DNA of 64,000 nt from an uncultured Nitrospiraceae bacterium (GTDB lineage Bacteria > Nitrospirota > UBA9217). The notes under the pieces were generated by a model. It had not been told where the DNA came from and made no database searches. It was given only the letters and a program-made list of their open reading frames with translations. Below, piece after piece: positions 18,802-27,168 of this stretch. Within the stretch, counting starts at the first letter, position 1. Each line of letters opens with the position of its first letter. The stretch is taken from contig CAYUSP010000001.1 in the NCBI GenBank assembly GCA_964447405.1, forward strand, positions 495,909 to 559,908. The letters run 5' to 3'. Both the position numbers and the translations under genes were made by a program.

Positions 18802-20055
18802 ATCAAGGCTCTGTTCATCTCATTTTGCATTCTTGCGGGGACGTCGCTCCCTGCCTACAGTGCCTCAACCATACAGGTGGTGTCTGCTGATGAAGGCACG
18901 TTCGTCATCCAGGGGGTCGACCTTGATGGCGCAGCAGCATTCGATCTTACCCTGACCTATGATACGACTGCGCTTGCCAATCCCCAGGTAACACAGGGAG
19001 AGCTGGTTGCGGGCGCCATGATGGCCGTAAACCCGAACATTGCGGGGACGATCCGGATGGCGCTCATCCGCACAACGCCAGTCACAGGCACTGGGCTGAT
19101 AGCGACCATCCGGTTTGAAAGAAGAAATAATTCACCGGGCAAATTATTTACCTTCCAGGCAAAACTCGCAAATATCAATGGGAAGTCGATCCCGGTTGTA
19201 ACCCGTGTCATCAATCCTTCTGAAAACACGCCAGGCACCCAACACCAAGAACAAAACATTCATCAAGGAAGCACGACTTCTTCGGGAACTCCCGTTGTTC
19301 AGCCGCTGGCGCCCCCAGGTTTCCTGACCAGTGTCACGGTACCCGCTCCATCACCTGATCAGAAGGAAAAGACCCCTTCTGCTGAACGTGCGGCTGACGT
19401 TCCGCGCGATTCACCTGAAGTATCCGGGGATGTGAAAACTGCGCTTCAAAAAAAGAACGATGCTCTTTCAGCACATGATCAGGAAAAGAAGATCTATACT
19501 CAGGACAGCGTGCTGGAACGATTCCGGTCATTCCTGGGGGAAAAGAGCATCCATTCTTATACCGGCCTGTTCGATCTTGAATCACTGATTGGATTCAGAC
19601 AGGACCCGGGCATTGCCTTGTCCGACGGGAAAACAGCGGTCAGGGTGACCTTTTTGTCCCTGTCAACGGTGCACGCAGCGCCTGATGTCGCGTTAATAAG
19701 CGCACGTCTGGTCTCCCTGAATAAAGATGCGGATAACTCGAACACCTGGATCGCAGAGATTATTCCGGACCGCGGCACTCCAGCAGCCAACCTTGCCGTG
19801 GCACAGGGGACAATGAACATGGTTTACCCCCTTACGGTGGCGCCTAAGATTAACATCGATCTCGATGGGTCAGGCATGGTCAATGAAGCGGATTTTACCC
19901 TTTTTCTCGGGGATCGGGGCACACTAGCCAAGCCTCTATTCGATCTGAACAAAGACGGGAAAAGGGATCAGCTTGACGACTATATTTTCACCGCGAACTT
20001 CCTTGCCTCCACTGCAAAGCAGCTGACGCAGGAAAAGTCCAAGAAGGTCCAGTAG
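18802..20055 (+). CDS. Secreted protein with an N-terminal cohesin-like domain and a C-terminal type-I dockerin (two Ca-binding F-hand repeats)
   Basis: Signal peptide MIKALFISFCILAGTSLPAYSAS. The beta-rich N-terminal domain fits a cohesin pattern. The dockerin repeats are DLDGSGMVNEAD and DLNKDGKRDQLD. An alternative start at 18745 would overlap the upstream stop. Confidence 0.55.
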   Translation: MKALFISFCILAGTSLPAYSASTIQVVSADEGTFVIQGVDLDGAAAFDLTLTYDTTALANPQVTQGELVAGAMMAVNPNIAGTIRMALIRTTPVTGTGLIATIRFERRNNSPGKLFTFQAKLANINGKSIPVVTRVINPSENTPGTQHQEQNIHQGSTTSSGTPVVQPLAPPGFLTSVTVPAPSPDQKEKTPSAERAADVPRDSPEVSGDVKTALQKKNDALSAHDQEKKIYTQDSVLERFRSFLGEKSIHSYTGLFDLESLIGFRQDPGIALSDGKTAVRVTFLSLSTVHAAPDVALISARLVSLNKDADNSNTWIAEIIPDRGTPAANLAVAQGTMNMVYPLTVAPKINIDLDGSGMVNEADFTLFLGDRGTLAKPLFDLNKDGKRDQLDDYIFTANFLASTAKQLTQEKSKKVQ

Positions 20056-20155
20056 CTTCCATGGTTTGACAGTCCTATCGGTCAGAAAACCTTGGCAACG
20101 AATCAATCAACCTACTGATTCTCGTTCTCGACAAAACCCCTGAAATACTCTAATA

Positions 20156-22621
20156 TTGTTCATGCCCATGGACGATGTCATAACCACCCTGCAGCGCATC
20201 CGGCAGCCTCTCGCTTTCGCCAGCCGGGATAATTTTGCCCGTCTTGGCAGTCTCGCGGATATGGAGCGCTTTATCCAGGCTCAGCTGCCGGAACTCAAGG
20301 GTGCGCAGGTTGATCAGCAGTTGCTCCATGAGCTCGAACGGCTTTTCCAGAATTTTGATACTGCTACCCTGGATGTGAAAAAGGAGCGTCTTCTTCTTGT
20401 TGAAATGGTTCTGCGGTCTATTGAAGATTCCAGGTCACCGTTTCCCCCGCAGCAGAAAGCAGCATTGAAAACACCCAAACCAACACGAATTGCAGAGCCT
20501 GATCCTGTCTCGCCCGTGGTTAAACTGGATTCTCCCATTCAATACTGCAAGGGAATCGGCCCTAAACGGGCTGAAATGCTCGGCAAACTCGGCATCTCCA
20601 CGTTCGAAGATGCGCTTCTGTTTCTTCCCTGGAGGTATGAAGACAGGGGCAATCTAAAAAAGATCGGAAGAGTTACTTACGGTTCCTATGAGACGGTAAC
20701 GGGCGAGGTGGTTTCCGCGGAGGTGGTCCAGACAAAGCGGCAGCGGGTAAAAATATTCGAGTTGATCATAAACGATCGGAGCGGGATGCTCGTAGGGTCC
20801 TGGTTCAACCAGCCCTTTATGAAAAAAATGTTCAAACAAGGCCAGAAACTCGTGCTTTCGGGTGTGGTAAAATCGAATCCCTACCGCGGCGGCCTGCCGC
20901 AAATGGATAATCCGGACTACGAGATCCTGGATGATGATGAATCGGAAAATCTAATCCACGCGGGAAGGACCGTACCGATCTATCGAGCCACTGCAGGTTT
21001 GTCGGTGCGAGCCATACGTTCGATGATGAAAAATATCATAGACTCGATCGCGGGCACGGTCCAGGAGTCGTTGCCCGATGACATCGTGACCCGCTATTCG
21101 CTTATGGCGCCAGGAGAGGCCCTGTCTGAAGCGCATTTTCCTGCAGCAGAAAAGGACATCACCGTTCTGAACCGCGGTGTGAGTGCAGCTCATCGGCGAT
21201 TATGCTTTGAGGAGCTTTTCACGCTTGAACTCGGCCTTGCGCTCAGGAAACAGGGTGTGTCCGAGAAAAAAAAGGGGATCTCGTTCAAACCCGTCGGCAC
21301 TCTGGAAACGGCTCTCCGGAAGGGGCTTTCCTTCAGTCTGACCGAGGCGCAGGAGCGGGTCATCGGGGAGATCAAAAAGGACATGATGGCCGATCGTCCC
21401 ATGAACCGTCTTGTGCAGGGCGATGTGGGCTGCGGAAAGACCGTTGTTGCCATGGTGGCAATGGCGAATGCCGTGGAGAGCGGTTATCAGACGTGCGTCA
21501 TGGCACCCACGGAGATCCTGGCGGACCAGCACTTCAGGAATATTGAAGCCATGGCGAAGCGGATCGGTATAAGCGTGAGATCCCTTACCGGAGGACGGAA
21601 AAAAAAGGAGAAGCAGCAAATCCTCGCTGATATCGCATCTGGGGAAGCACACGTCATCATAGGGACCCATGCGCTCATCGAGGAGGATGTTCTGTTCAAA
21701 CGACTTGGCCTTGCGGTGATCGACGAACAGCACCGCTTCGGCGTATTGCAGCGCTCTATGCTCACGTCCAAGGGATACGAGCCTGACGTGCTTGTGATGA
21801 CGGCAACACCCATACCAAGAACGCTGGCGCTCACGGTCTACGGCGACCTCGATGTCTCGGTGATAGATCAGCTGCCGCCAGGAAGGAGCCCGATCTCGAC
21901 CAGGTTGTATTTCGAGCCGCGGCGTCTGGAGGCTTATGGGTTCATGGAAGGTGAAATGAAGAAGGGGCGGCAGATCTATATTGTTTATCCTCTTGTTGAA
22001 GAGACCGAAAAGAGCGATCTCAGGGCTGCCACTGAAATGGCGGCGCACCTGCAGAGCGGGGTATTCCCCGGCTGGAAGATCGGTTTGCTGCACGGGAGGA
22101 TGAAGGGGGATGAGAAGGGACGCATCATGGAGGCTTTCAAGTCCGGCGATCTGCACGCTCTTGTATCAACCACTGTGATCGAGGTTGGCGTGGACGTACC
22201 CAACGCCACGGTTATGGTGATAGAGCATCCCGAGCGCTTCGGGCTGGCACAGCTCCACCAGCTTCGGGGAAGGGTCGGGCGTGGCGCACATCAATCCTAT
22301 TGCATCCTGATGGGCCCCCGGATGTTCGCAGAGGACGCGCGGGAGCGTCTGAATGCCTTTGCGAGAACGAATGACGGGTTCAAAATAGCCGAGGAGGACC
22401 TGAGGCTCCGGGGTCCGGGCGAGTTCTTCGGCACGCGCCAGTCAGGCCTGCCGGACCTGCGCGCTGCGAACATCATTCGTGACGCAGATCTTCTTGAACA
22501 GGCCCGAATGGAAGCGTTTGGCCTGGTGCAGCAGGACCCGGGACTGCTGCGCCATCCGCGGCTGGCAGAACTGGTGCGGAGGAAATGGAAAGGAAGGTTC
22601 GGGCTGCTATCTGTTGGTTGA
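20156..22621 (+). CDS. recG: ATP-dependent DNA helicase RecG, with an N-terminal extension of about 120 aa
   Basis: Wedge/OB region, DExH helicase motifs (GDVGCGKT, DEQH), and the RecG C-terminal domain. Confidence 0.9.
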   Translation: MFMPMDDVITTLQRIRQPLAFASRDNFARLGSLADMERFIQAQLPELKGAQVDQQLLHELERLFQNFDTATLDVKKERLLLVEMVLRSIEDSRSPFPPQQKAALKTPKPTRIAEPDPVSPVVKLDSPIQYCKGIGPKRAEMLGKLGISTFEDALLFLPWRYEDRGNLKKIGRVTYGSYETVTGEVVSAEVVQTKRQRVKIFELIINDRSGMLVGSWFNQPFMKKMFKQGQKLVLSGVVKSNPYRGGLPQMDNPDYEILDDDESENLIHAGRTVPIYRATAGLSVRAIRSMMKNIIDSIAGTVQESLPDDIVTRYSLMAPGEALSEAHFPAAEKDITVLNRGVSAAHRRLCFEELFTLELGLALRKQGVSEKKKGISFKPVGTLETALRKGLSFSLTEAQERVIGEIKKDMMADRPMNRLVQGDVGCGKTVVAMVAMANAVESGYQTCVMAPTEILADQHFRNIEAMAKRIGISVRSLTGGRKKKEKQQILADIASGEAHVIIGTHALIEEDVLFKRLGLAVIDEQHRFGVLQRSMLTSKGYEPDVLVMTATPIPRTLALTVYGDLDVSVIDQLPPGRSPISTRLYFEPRRLEAYGFMEGEMKKGRQIYIVYPLVEETEKSDLRAATEMAAHLQSGVFPGWKIGLLHGRMKGDEKGRIMEAFKSGDLHALVSTTVIEVGVDVPNATVMVIEHPERFGLAQLHQLRGRVGRGAHQSYCILMGPRMFAEDARERLNAFARTNDGFKIAEEDLRLRGPGEFFGTRQSGLPDLRAANIIRDADLLEQARMEAFGLVQQDPGLLRHPRLAELVRRKWKGRFGLLSVG

Positions 22622-22678
22622 TATTTGCAGGGTATTCTGATACAGTAAAAAAAACGACAGGTTCTTCGGGGAGTTACG

Positions 22679-23047
22679 ATGACGATCTGGGAAAAAGTTA
22701 TTCTGAATATACGGCGCGGTTCGCAGCGGGTCGCCATTGCTGCAGCGCTTGTGGCGGAGCGGGCGCGGGCCGAGCTTACTATCGTGCGGCTGCGGATCAG
22801 GCACGATGAGGTCAATGCCACGATCAATGAATTGTACCAGGGAATCGGACGCAGGGTCAAAAGCCTCGCAACAAGCGGAACCATGCCTAAAACATGTGAG
22901 CTACTTCTGCAGGATGAGGAAATTACATCCGCATTTGCCGAGTTGATCGAGCGGGAGAAGGAGATCGAGGAGCTGAACAACGAGATCAGGAGCGTTCAGG
23001 TGACGATCAAGACAGCGCCGAAACAGCGGGCGGAAGGCAGCGCATGA
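22679..23047 (+). CDS. Hypothetical coiled-coil protein translationally coupled to pilD
   Basis: 122 aa, predicted helical. It overlaps the pilD start by 4 nt (ATGA). Confidence 0.5.
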   Translation: MTIWEKVILNIRRGSQRVAIAAALVAERARAELTIVRLRIRHDEVNATINELYQGIGRRVKSLATSGTMPKTCELLLQDEEITSAFAELIEREKEIEELNNEIRSVQVTIKTAPKQRAEGSA

Positions 23048-23871
23048 TCACTGCCGTGGTTTTTATTTTCGGTCTTATCGTGGGCAGTTTTTTGAACGTT
23101 TGTATCGCGCGGATCCCTCTTGGACGTTCCATTGCGACCCCGCCGTCCCACTGTCCGCAGTGCAGCAAAGGGATCCGGTTTTATGACAACATCCCTCTGC
23201 TCAGTTATCTTCTGCTCCGGGGCAGGTGCCGACACTGCGGCCTGCCGATTTCCTTCAGATATCCGCTCGTCGAGCTCATGAATGGCCTCCTCTATGTCTG
23301 GATCGAGCATGAGTTCTGGCTTGGCGGCGAAACACTGCTCATCATGCTGTTGTGTTCGGCATTGATCGTAATCACTTTCATTGATTATGACCATCAGATC
23401 ATCCCCGATGTCATCAGCCTGCCGGGGATGCTGATAGGGATCGTGATCGCTCCGTTCTTCCTGATGGCGCTGGCGGAGCCGCTTCCGTTCCCGATCGATC
23501 GCATGATGCCTCTCGCAGGACCGTACCTGACAGCGCTCACGAACTCATTGCTCGGAGTGCTGTGCGGCGGCGTCCCGCTATTTGCCATCGGGTGGATTTG
23601 GGAAAAGTTACGTCATGTGGAGGCAATGGGCGGCGGTGATATAAAACTGATGGGAATGGTCGGAAGCTTTCTGGGCTGGAAGGGCGCACTGCTCACCATC
23701 ATGATCGGCTCACTAGCCGGGTCACTGGTCGGTGTTCTTCTGATCCTGCTCAAAAAGCATGAGATGGGCAAGGTTATGCCGTTCGGTCCCTATCTGGCAT
23801 TTGGCGCCGTGCTCAGTGCTTTCTATGCCTCAGATATCATTTCGTGGTACCTTGGATTCATCCGGCTATGA
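23044..23871 (+). CDS. pilD: Prepilin peptidase / N-methyltransferase (A24 family)
   Basis: The N-terminal tetra-Cys motif is CPQC…CRHC. It is polytopic with the conserved LMNGLLYVW… pattern. Confidence 0.85.
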   Translation: MITAVVFIFGLIVGSFLNVCIARIPLGRSIATPPSHCPQCSKGIRFYDNIPLLSYLLLRGRCRHCGLPISFRYPLVELMNGLLYVWIEHEFWLGGETLLIMLLCSALIVITFIDYDHQIIPDVISLPGMLIGIVIAPFFLMALAEPLPFPIDRMMPLAGPYLTALTNSLLGVLCGGVPLFAIGWIWEKLRHVEAMGGGDIKLMGMVGSFLGWKGALLTIMIGSLAGSLVGVLLILLKKHEMGKVMPFGPYLAFGAVLSAFYASDIISWYLGFIRL

Positions 23872-25139
23872 CATCGCAAATCGTGCTCATACTCTTGCTG
23901 GGCGTGCTGATCATACTGGCGGGCGCCGCTGTATTCTGGGGCATCACTCGCAGATATCGCCGCGAGCTGGGAATGCAGAGCGAAGTGCGGGACAAGACCT
24001 CTGAAACCTCTTTCATTATTAATGCCTTTCAGGATGTCACGAAACAACTGAAGGAAAAGGAAAAGGAACTTGAACGGCTTAAAGCAATTGCTGAGCAGCG
24101 TGCGGAGACGATCGAGAGCTATCACGAAAACATCCTCCAGTGCGTTACGAGCGGGGTGATGACATTTGATGCCGCCTGCCGCCTGACCACCTTTAACCGC
24201 TCCGCCGAGGAACTGCTCGGTCTGAAACAGGGAAGCGCGGACAGGGTGGACTGCGTTACCCTGTTCGGTGACAACGAAATCACGAGAGCGGTGCATACGA
24301 CGCTCGACACAGGGACGCCCTCTGCACGCATGGAGGCAATGATAACGAGACAGGATGGCAGAATATGGCTGGGTTTCAATACCGCGATCCTTGCTGATAG
24401 AAAAGGCTCCGCGCTTGGTGTTATTCTGTCATTTTCAGACCTCACTGAAGTGAAGCGTTTGCAGGAACAGGTGGAATTGCGCGAGCGGCTCTCGGCGCTT
24501 GGCGAGATGTCCGCCGGCATCGCACACGAATTGCGGAATCCCATGGCTGTCATGAGCGGCTATCTCAGCCTGCTGTCGAAGAAGGCTAGCAGCGAGCATC
24601 AGAAAATCATTCAGAGCATCACCAGCGAGATCACCGGGATGAACCGCATCATCGGCGAGCTCCTCGCCTTCGCGAGGCCCGCTTCGCTCAACCGGGTAAA
24701 GGTTTCCCTGAAAGAAATGGTTGAAGGATGTGTAGTTCAAGCTCTGCAGGCCGCTGGGGCGGGAAAAACCGTGAAGACCGAAATCAGTCTGGTTGACGGT
24801 GATATAGCCGCTGACGAGATGCTGATCAGGCAGGCTGTCACGAACTTGTTCCAGAATGCCATTGAGGCAATGTCGGAAGAGGGGACGCTGACGGTGTCCT
24901 TGCGGCGTAGTGCAGAGGATGTCATTCTTGAAGTCAAGGACACGGGGCAGGGTATAGCGCCCGGCAATATTAAAAAAATATTCATGCCATTTTTTACGAC
25001 GAAGGACAACGGCATCGGTATGGGGCTCGCACTGACGCACAAGATCGTAACGTCCCATGGCGGGCGGATCGAAGTGGAGAGCGAGCCTGGCAGAGGGACG
25101 ACGTTCCGCGTTTCGCTTCCGCGAGGTAACTGTTCATGA
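23868..25139 (+). CDS. Sensor histidine kinase (PAS + HisKA + HATPase), PilS/NtrB-like by context
   Basis: One TM helix, a PAS domain, H-box AHELRNPM, N/G boxes. ATGA overlaps the pilD stop. Confidence 0.8.
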   Translation: MTSQIVLILLLGVLIILAGAAVFWGITRRYRRELGMQSEVRDKTSETSFIINAFQDVTKQLKEKEKELERLKAIAEQRAETIESYHENILQCVTSGVMTFDAACRLTTFNRSAEELLGLKQGSADRVDCVTLFGDNEITRAVHTTLDTGTPSARMEAMITRQDGRIWLGFNTAILADRKGSALGVILSFSDLTEVKRLQEQVELRERLSALGEMSAGIAHELRNPMAVMSGYLSLLSKKASSEHQKIIQSITSEITGMNRIIGELLAFARPASLNRVKVSLKEMVEGCVVQALQAAGAGKTVKTEISLVDGDIAADEMLIRQAVTNLFQNAIEAMSEEGTLTVSLRRSAEDVILEVKDTGQGIAPGNIKKIFMPFFTTKDNGIGMGLALTHKIVTSHGGRIEVESEPGRGTTFRVSLPRGNCS

Positions 25140-26521
25140 CGGATACCATCCTCGTGATAGAGGACAAAGAAAGCATGCTGGAAATGCTTACGCAGACCCT
25201 CGAAGGGGTCGGATACCGGGTTATCCCCGCACGGGACGGCGCGGACGGAATTAAAAAATTAGCCGACGAGCGCATCGGCATGGTGCTCACAGACCTGAAG
25301 CTTCCCAAGAAGGACGGATTCGATGTATTGAAAGCGGTGAAGCAGGACTATCCTCTGCTGCCGATCATCGTGATGACGGCGTTCGGTACCATTGAGACAG
25401 CCGTGCGGGCAGTGAAGGAAGGAGCATATGATTTTCTGACCAAACCTTTCGACACCGACCATCTCCTCGTACTCATCAACCGGGCGCTCGCCGCATCCCG
25501 ATTGGCTGCGGAGAATATTCTGCTCCGTGAGGAATTCGCCGAGAAGCTCGGGCTGCCCAAGATCATCGGCAAGAGCGTCCAGATGCAGGAGATCACGGCG
25601 AAGATCCAGAAAGTGGCTCCCACGAACGCGACCGTGATGATCCACGGGGAAAGCGGCACGGGAAAGGAACTCTTCGCGCGCGCCATCCATTATCTGAGTC
25701 AGAGAAAGCAGTCGCCATTCGTCGCGATCAATTCCGCCGCCATACCCCGCGAATTGCTGGAGAGCGAACTGTTCGGATATGAGAAGGGGGCTTTCACCGG
25801 TGCTGACGCCCGCAAGCTGGGGAAGCTTGAACTCGCTGACAAGGGTACGGTCTTTCTCGATGAGATCGGCGACATGGATATGGCGCTCCAGGCCAAGATG
25901 CTTCGCGTGCTCCAGGAGCAGGTGATCGAGCGGATTGGGGGCGGGAAGCCGATCAAAATAGACGTGCGGATCGTTGCTGCTACGAACAAGGATCTTGAAA
26001 AAGCGGTGGACGAAAAGCTGTTTCGTGAGGACCTGTTCTATCGATTGAATGTGTTTCCCCTCACCATCCCGCCCCTGCGCGAACGCAGGGATGACATTTC
26101 CGGGCTGGCGCAGCACTTCCTGATCAAATTCTGCGCAGAGGTCCGAAAGGGTCCGCTGTCAATCTCGGAAGAAGCCATGGAGATTCTTCTCAAATCACGC
26201 TGGAAAGGCAACGTGCGCGAGCTGGAAAACGTAATTGAGCGCGCGGTAATCTATGCCGAAGGCGGGACAATCCGCGCACGGGATCTCGGCATCAGCGAGG
26301 CAAGCATCATGGATGCGCTTGCCGAGCATGCACCGACGGAAGGACCGCTGCAGGATATCGCCGCGGCAGCGGTGCGTATTGTCGAATCGCGCAGGATCAA
26401 ACAGGTGCTTAAACAAACTGGCGGCAACAAGTCGAGGGCCGCGGAGATATTGCAGGTGAGCTACAAGACGCTTCTCACAAAGATAAAGGATTACCGGCTG
26501 GAAGAGAAGGGCGGGGAATAG
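25136..26521 (+). CDS. Sigma54-dependent response regulator (REC + AAA+ + Fis HTH), PilR/NtrC family
   Basis: REC domain with D in GMVLTDLKLP, GESGTGKE Walker A, the GAFTGA sigma54-contact motif, and a C-terminal HTH. Confidence 0.9.
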   Translation: MTDTILVIEDKESMLEMLTQTLEGVGYRVIPARDGADGIKKLADERIGMVLTDLKLPKKDGFDVLKAVKQDYPLLPIIVMTAFGTIETAVRAVKEGAYDFLTKPFDTDHLLVLINRALAASRLAAENILLREEFAEKLGLPKIIGKSVQMQEITAKIQKVAPTNATVMIHGESGTGKELFARAIHYLSQRKQSPFVAINSAAIPRELLESELFGYEKGAFTGADARKLGKLELADKGTVFLDEIGDMDMALQAKMLRVLQEQVIERIGGGKPIKIDVRIVAATNKDLEKAVDEKLFREDLFYRLNVFPLTIPPLRERRDDISGLAQHFLIKFCAEVRKGPLSISEEAMEILLKSRWKGNVRELENVIERAVIYAEGGTIRARDLGISEASIMDALAEHAPTEGPLQDIAAAAVRIVESRRIKQVLKQTGGNKSRAAEILQVSYKTLLTKIKDYRLEEKGGE

Positions 26522-26533
26522 TGGGAGCGCAGT

Positions 26534-27124
26534 ATGCACGATAAACATGATCTTATCCCGCCTCACGGCGGATATCGCAAACTGCGTAGTTTTCAATCTG
26601 CTCAGATAGTATATGACGCTACTGTCGTTTTTTGCGAACGCTTTGTGGAAAAACGATCGCGCACTCATGATCAAATGGTGCAGGCAGCAAGGAGCGGCGT
26701 GCAGAATATCGCCGAGGGGAGCATGGCCTCTGCTACCTCTAAAAAGACAGAACTGAAATTAACCAATGTCGCCAGAGCAAGCCTGGAAGAGTTGCTGTTG
26801 GACTATGAGGACTTTCTTCGTCAGCGCGGTCTGCGTATTTGGGACAAGAATTCAACTGACGCGCTCGCTATCCGAAATCGTTATAAGTCGGATGAGTCGG
26901 ACAAGTCTGACAGGTCGGACGGGTCTGACATTTACGGCTTTAAAACAGCATCTGCGGAAATAGCTGCAAACACTCTCATTTGTCTCATCAATCAGGCCAG
27001 CTACCTACTCGCAAGGCAAATTCAAGAGTTAGAAAAATCATTCCTATCGGAAGGTGGATTCACCGAGAGACTTTACCGTCAGAGAATGGCAGCGCGAAAT
27101 CCACGCAACCGGAACAATAAATAA
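26534..27124 (+). CDS. Four-helix-bundle protein (23S rRNA intervening-sequence protein / DGR Avd family, PF05635-like) with an inserted (SDx)n repeat and a basic C-terminal tail
   Basis: Family motifs present: YRKLRSFQSAQIVYDATVVFCERF, RTHDQMVQAARSGVQNIAEG, SKKTELKLTNVARASLEEL. The SDESDKSDRSDGSD insertion is encoded by 9-nt tandem units. Confidence 0.6.
   Translation: MHDKHDLIPPHGGYRKLRSFQSAQIVYDATVVFCERFVEKRSRTHDQMVQAARSGVQNIAEGSMASATSKKTELKLTNVARASLEELLLDYEDFLRQRGLRIWDKNSTDALAIRNRYKSDESDKSDRSDGSDIYGFKTASAEIAANTLICLINQASYLLARQIQELEKSFLSEGGFTERLYRQRMAARNPRNRNNK
26888..26929 (+). repeat. Imperfect 9-nt tandem repeat (tcggatgag|tcggacaag|tctgacagg|tcggacggg|tctgac) encoding (S-D-x)4.5
   Basis: My direct read of the sequence inside the four-helix-bundle gene. 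Confidence 0.75.
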
Positions 27125-27168
27125 GATTATACGCACGGGGTTGGCTCAGAAGTAAAATTCAATCTACA

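Noticed and set aside
21200-22156. 318-aa minus-strand ORF inside recG
   Set aside because: It is antisense to conserved RecG helicase motifs. It has no Shine-Dalgarno sequence.
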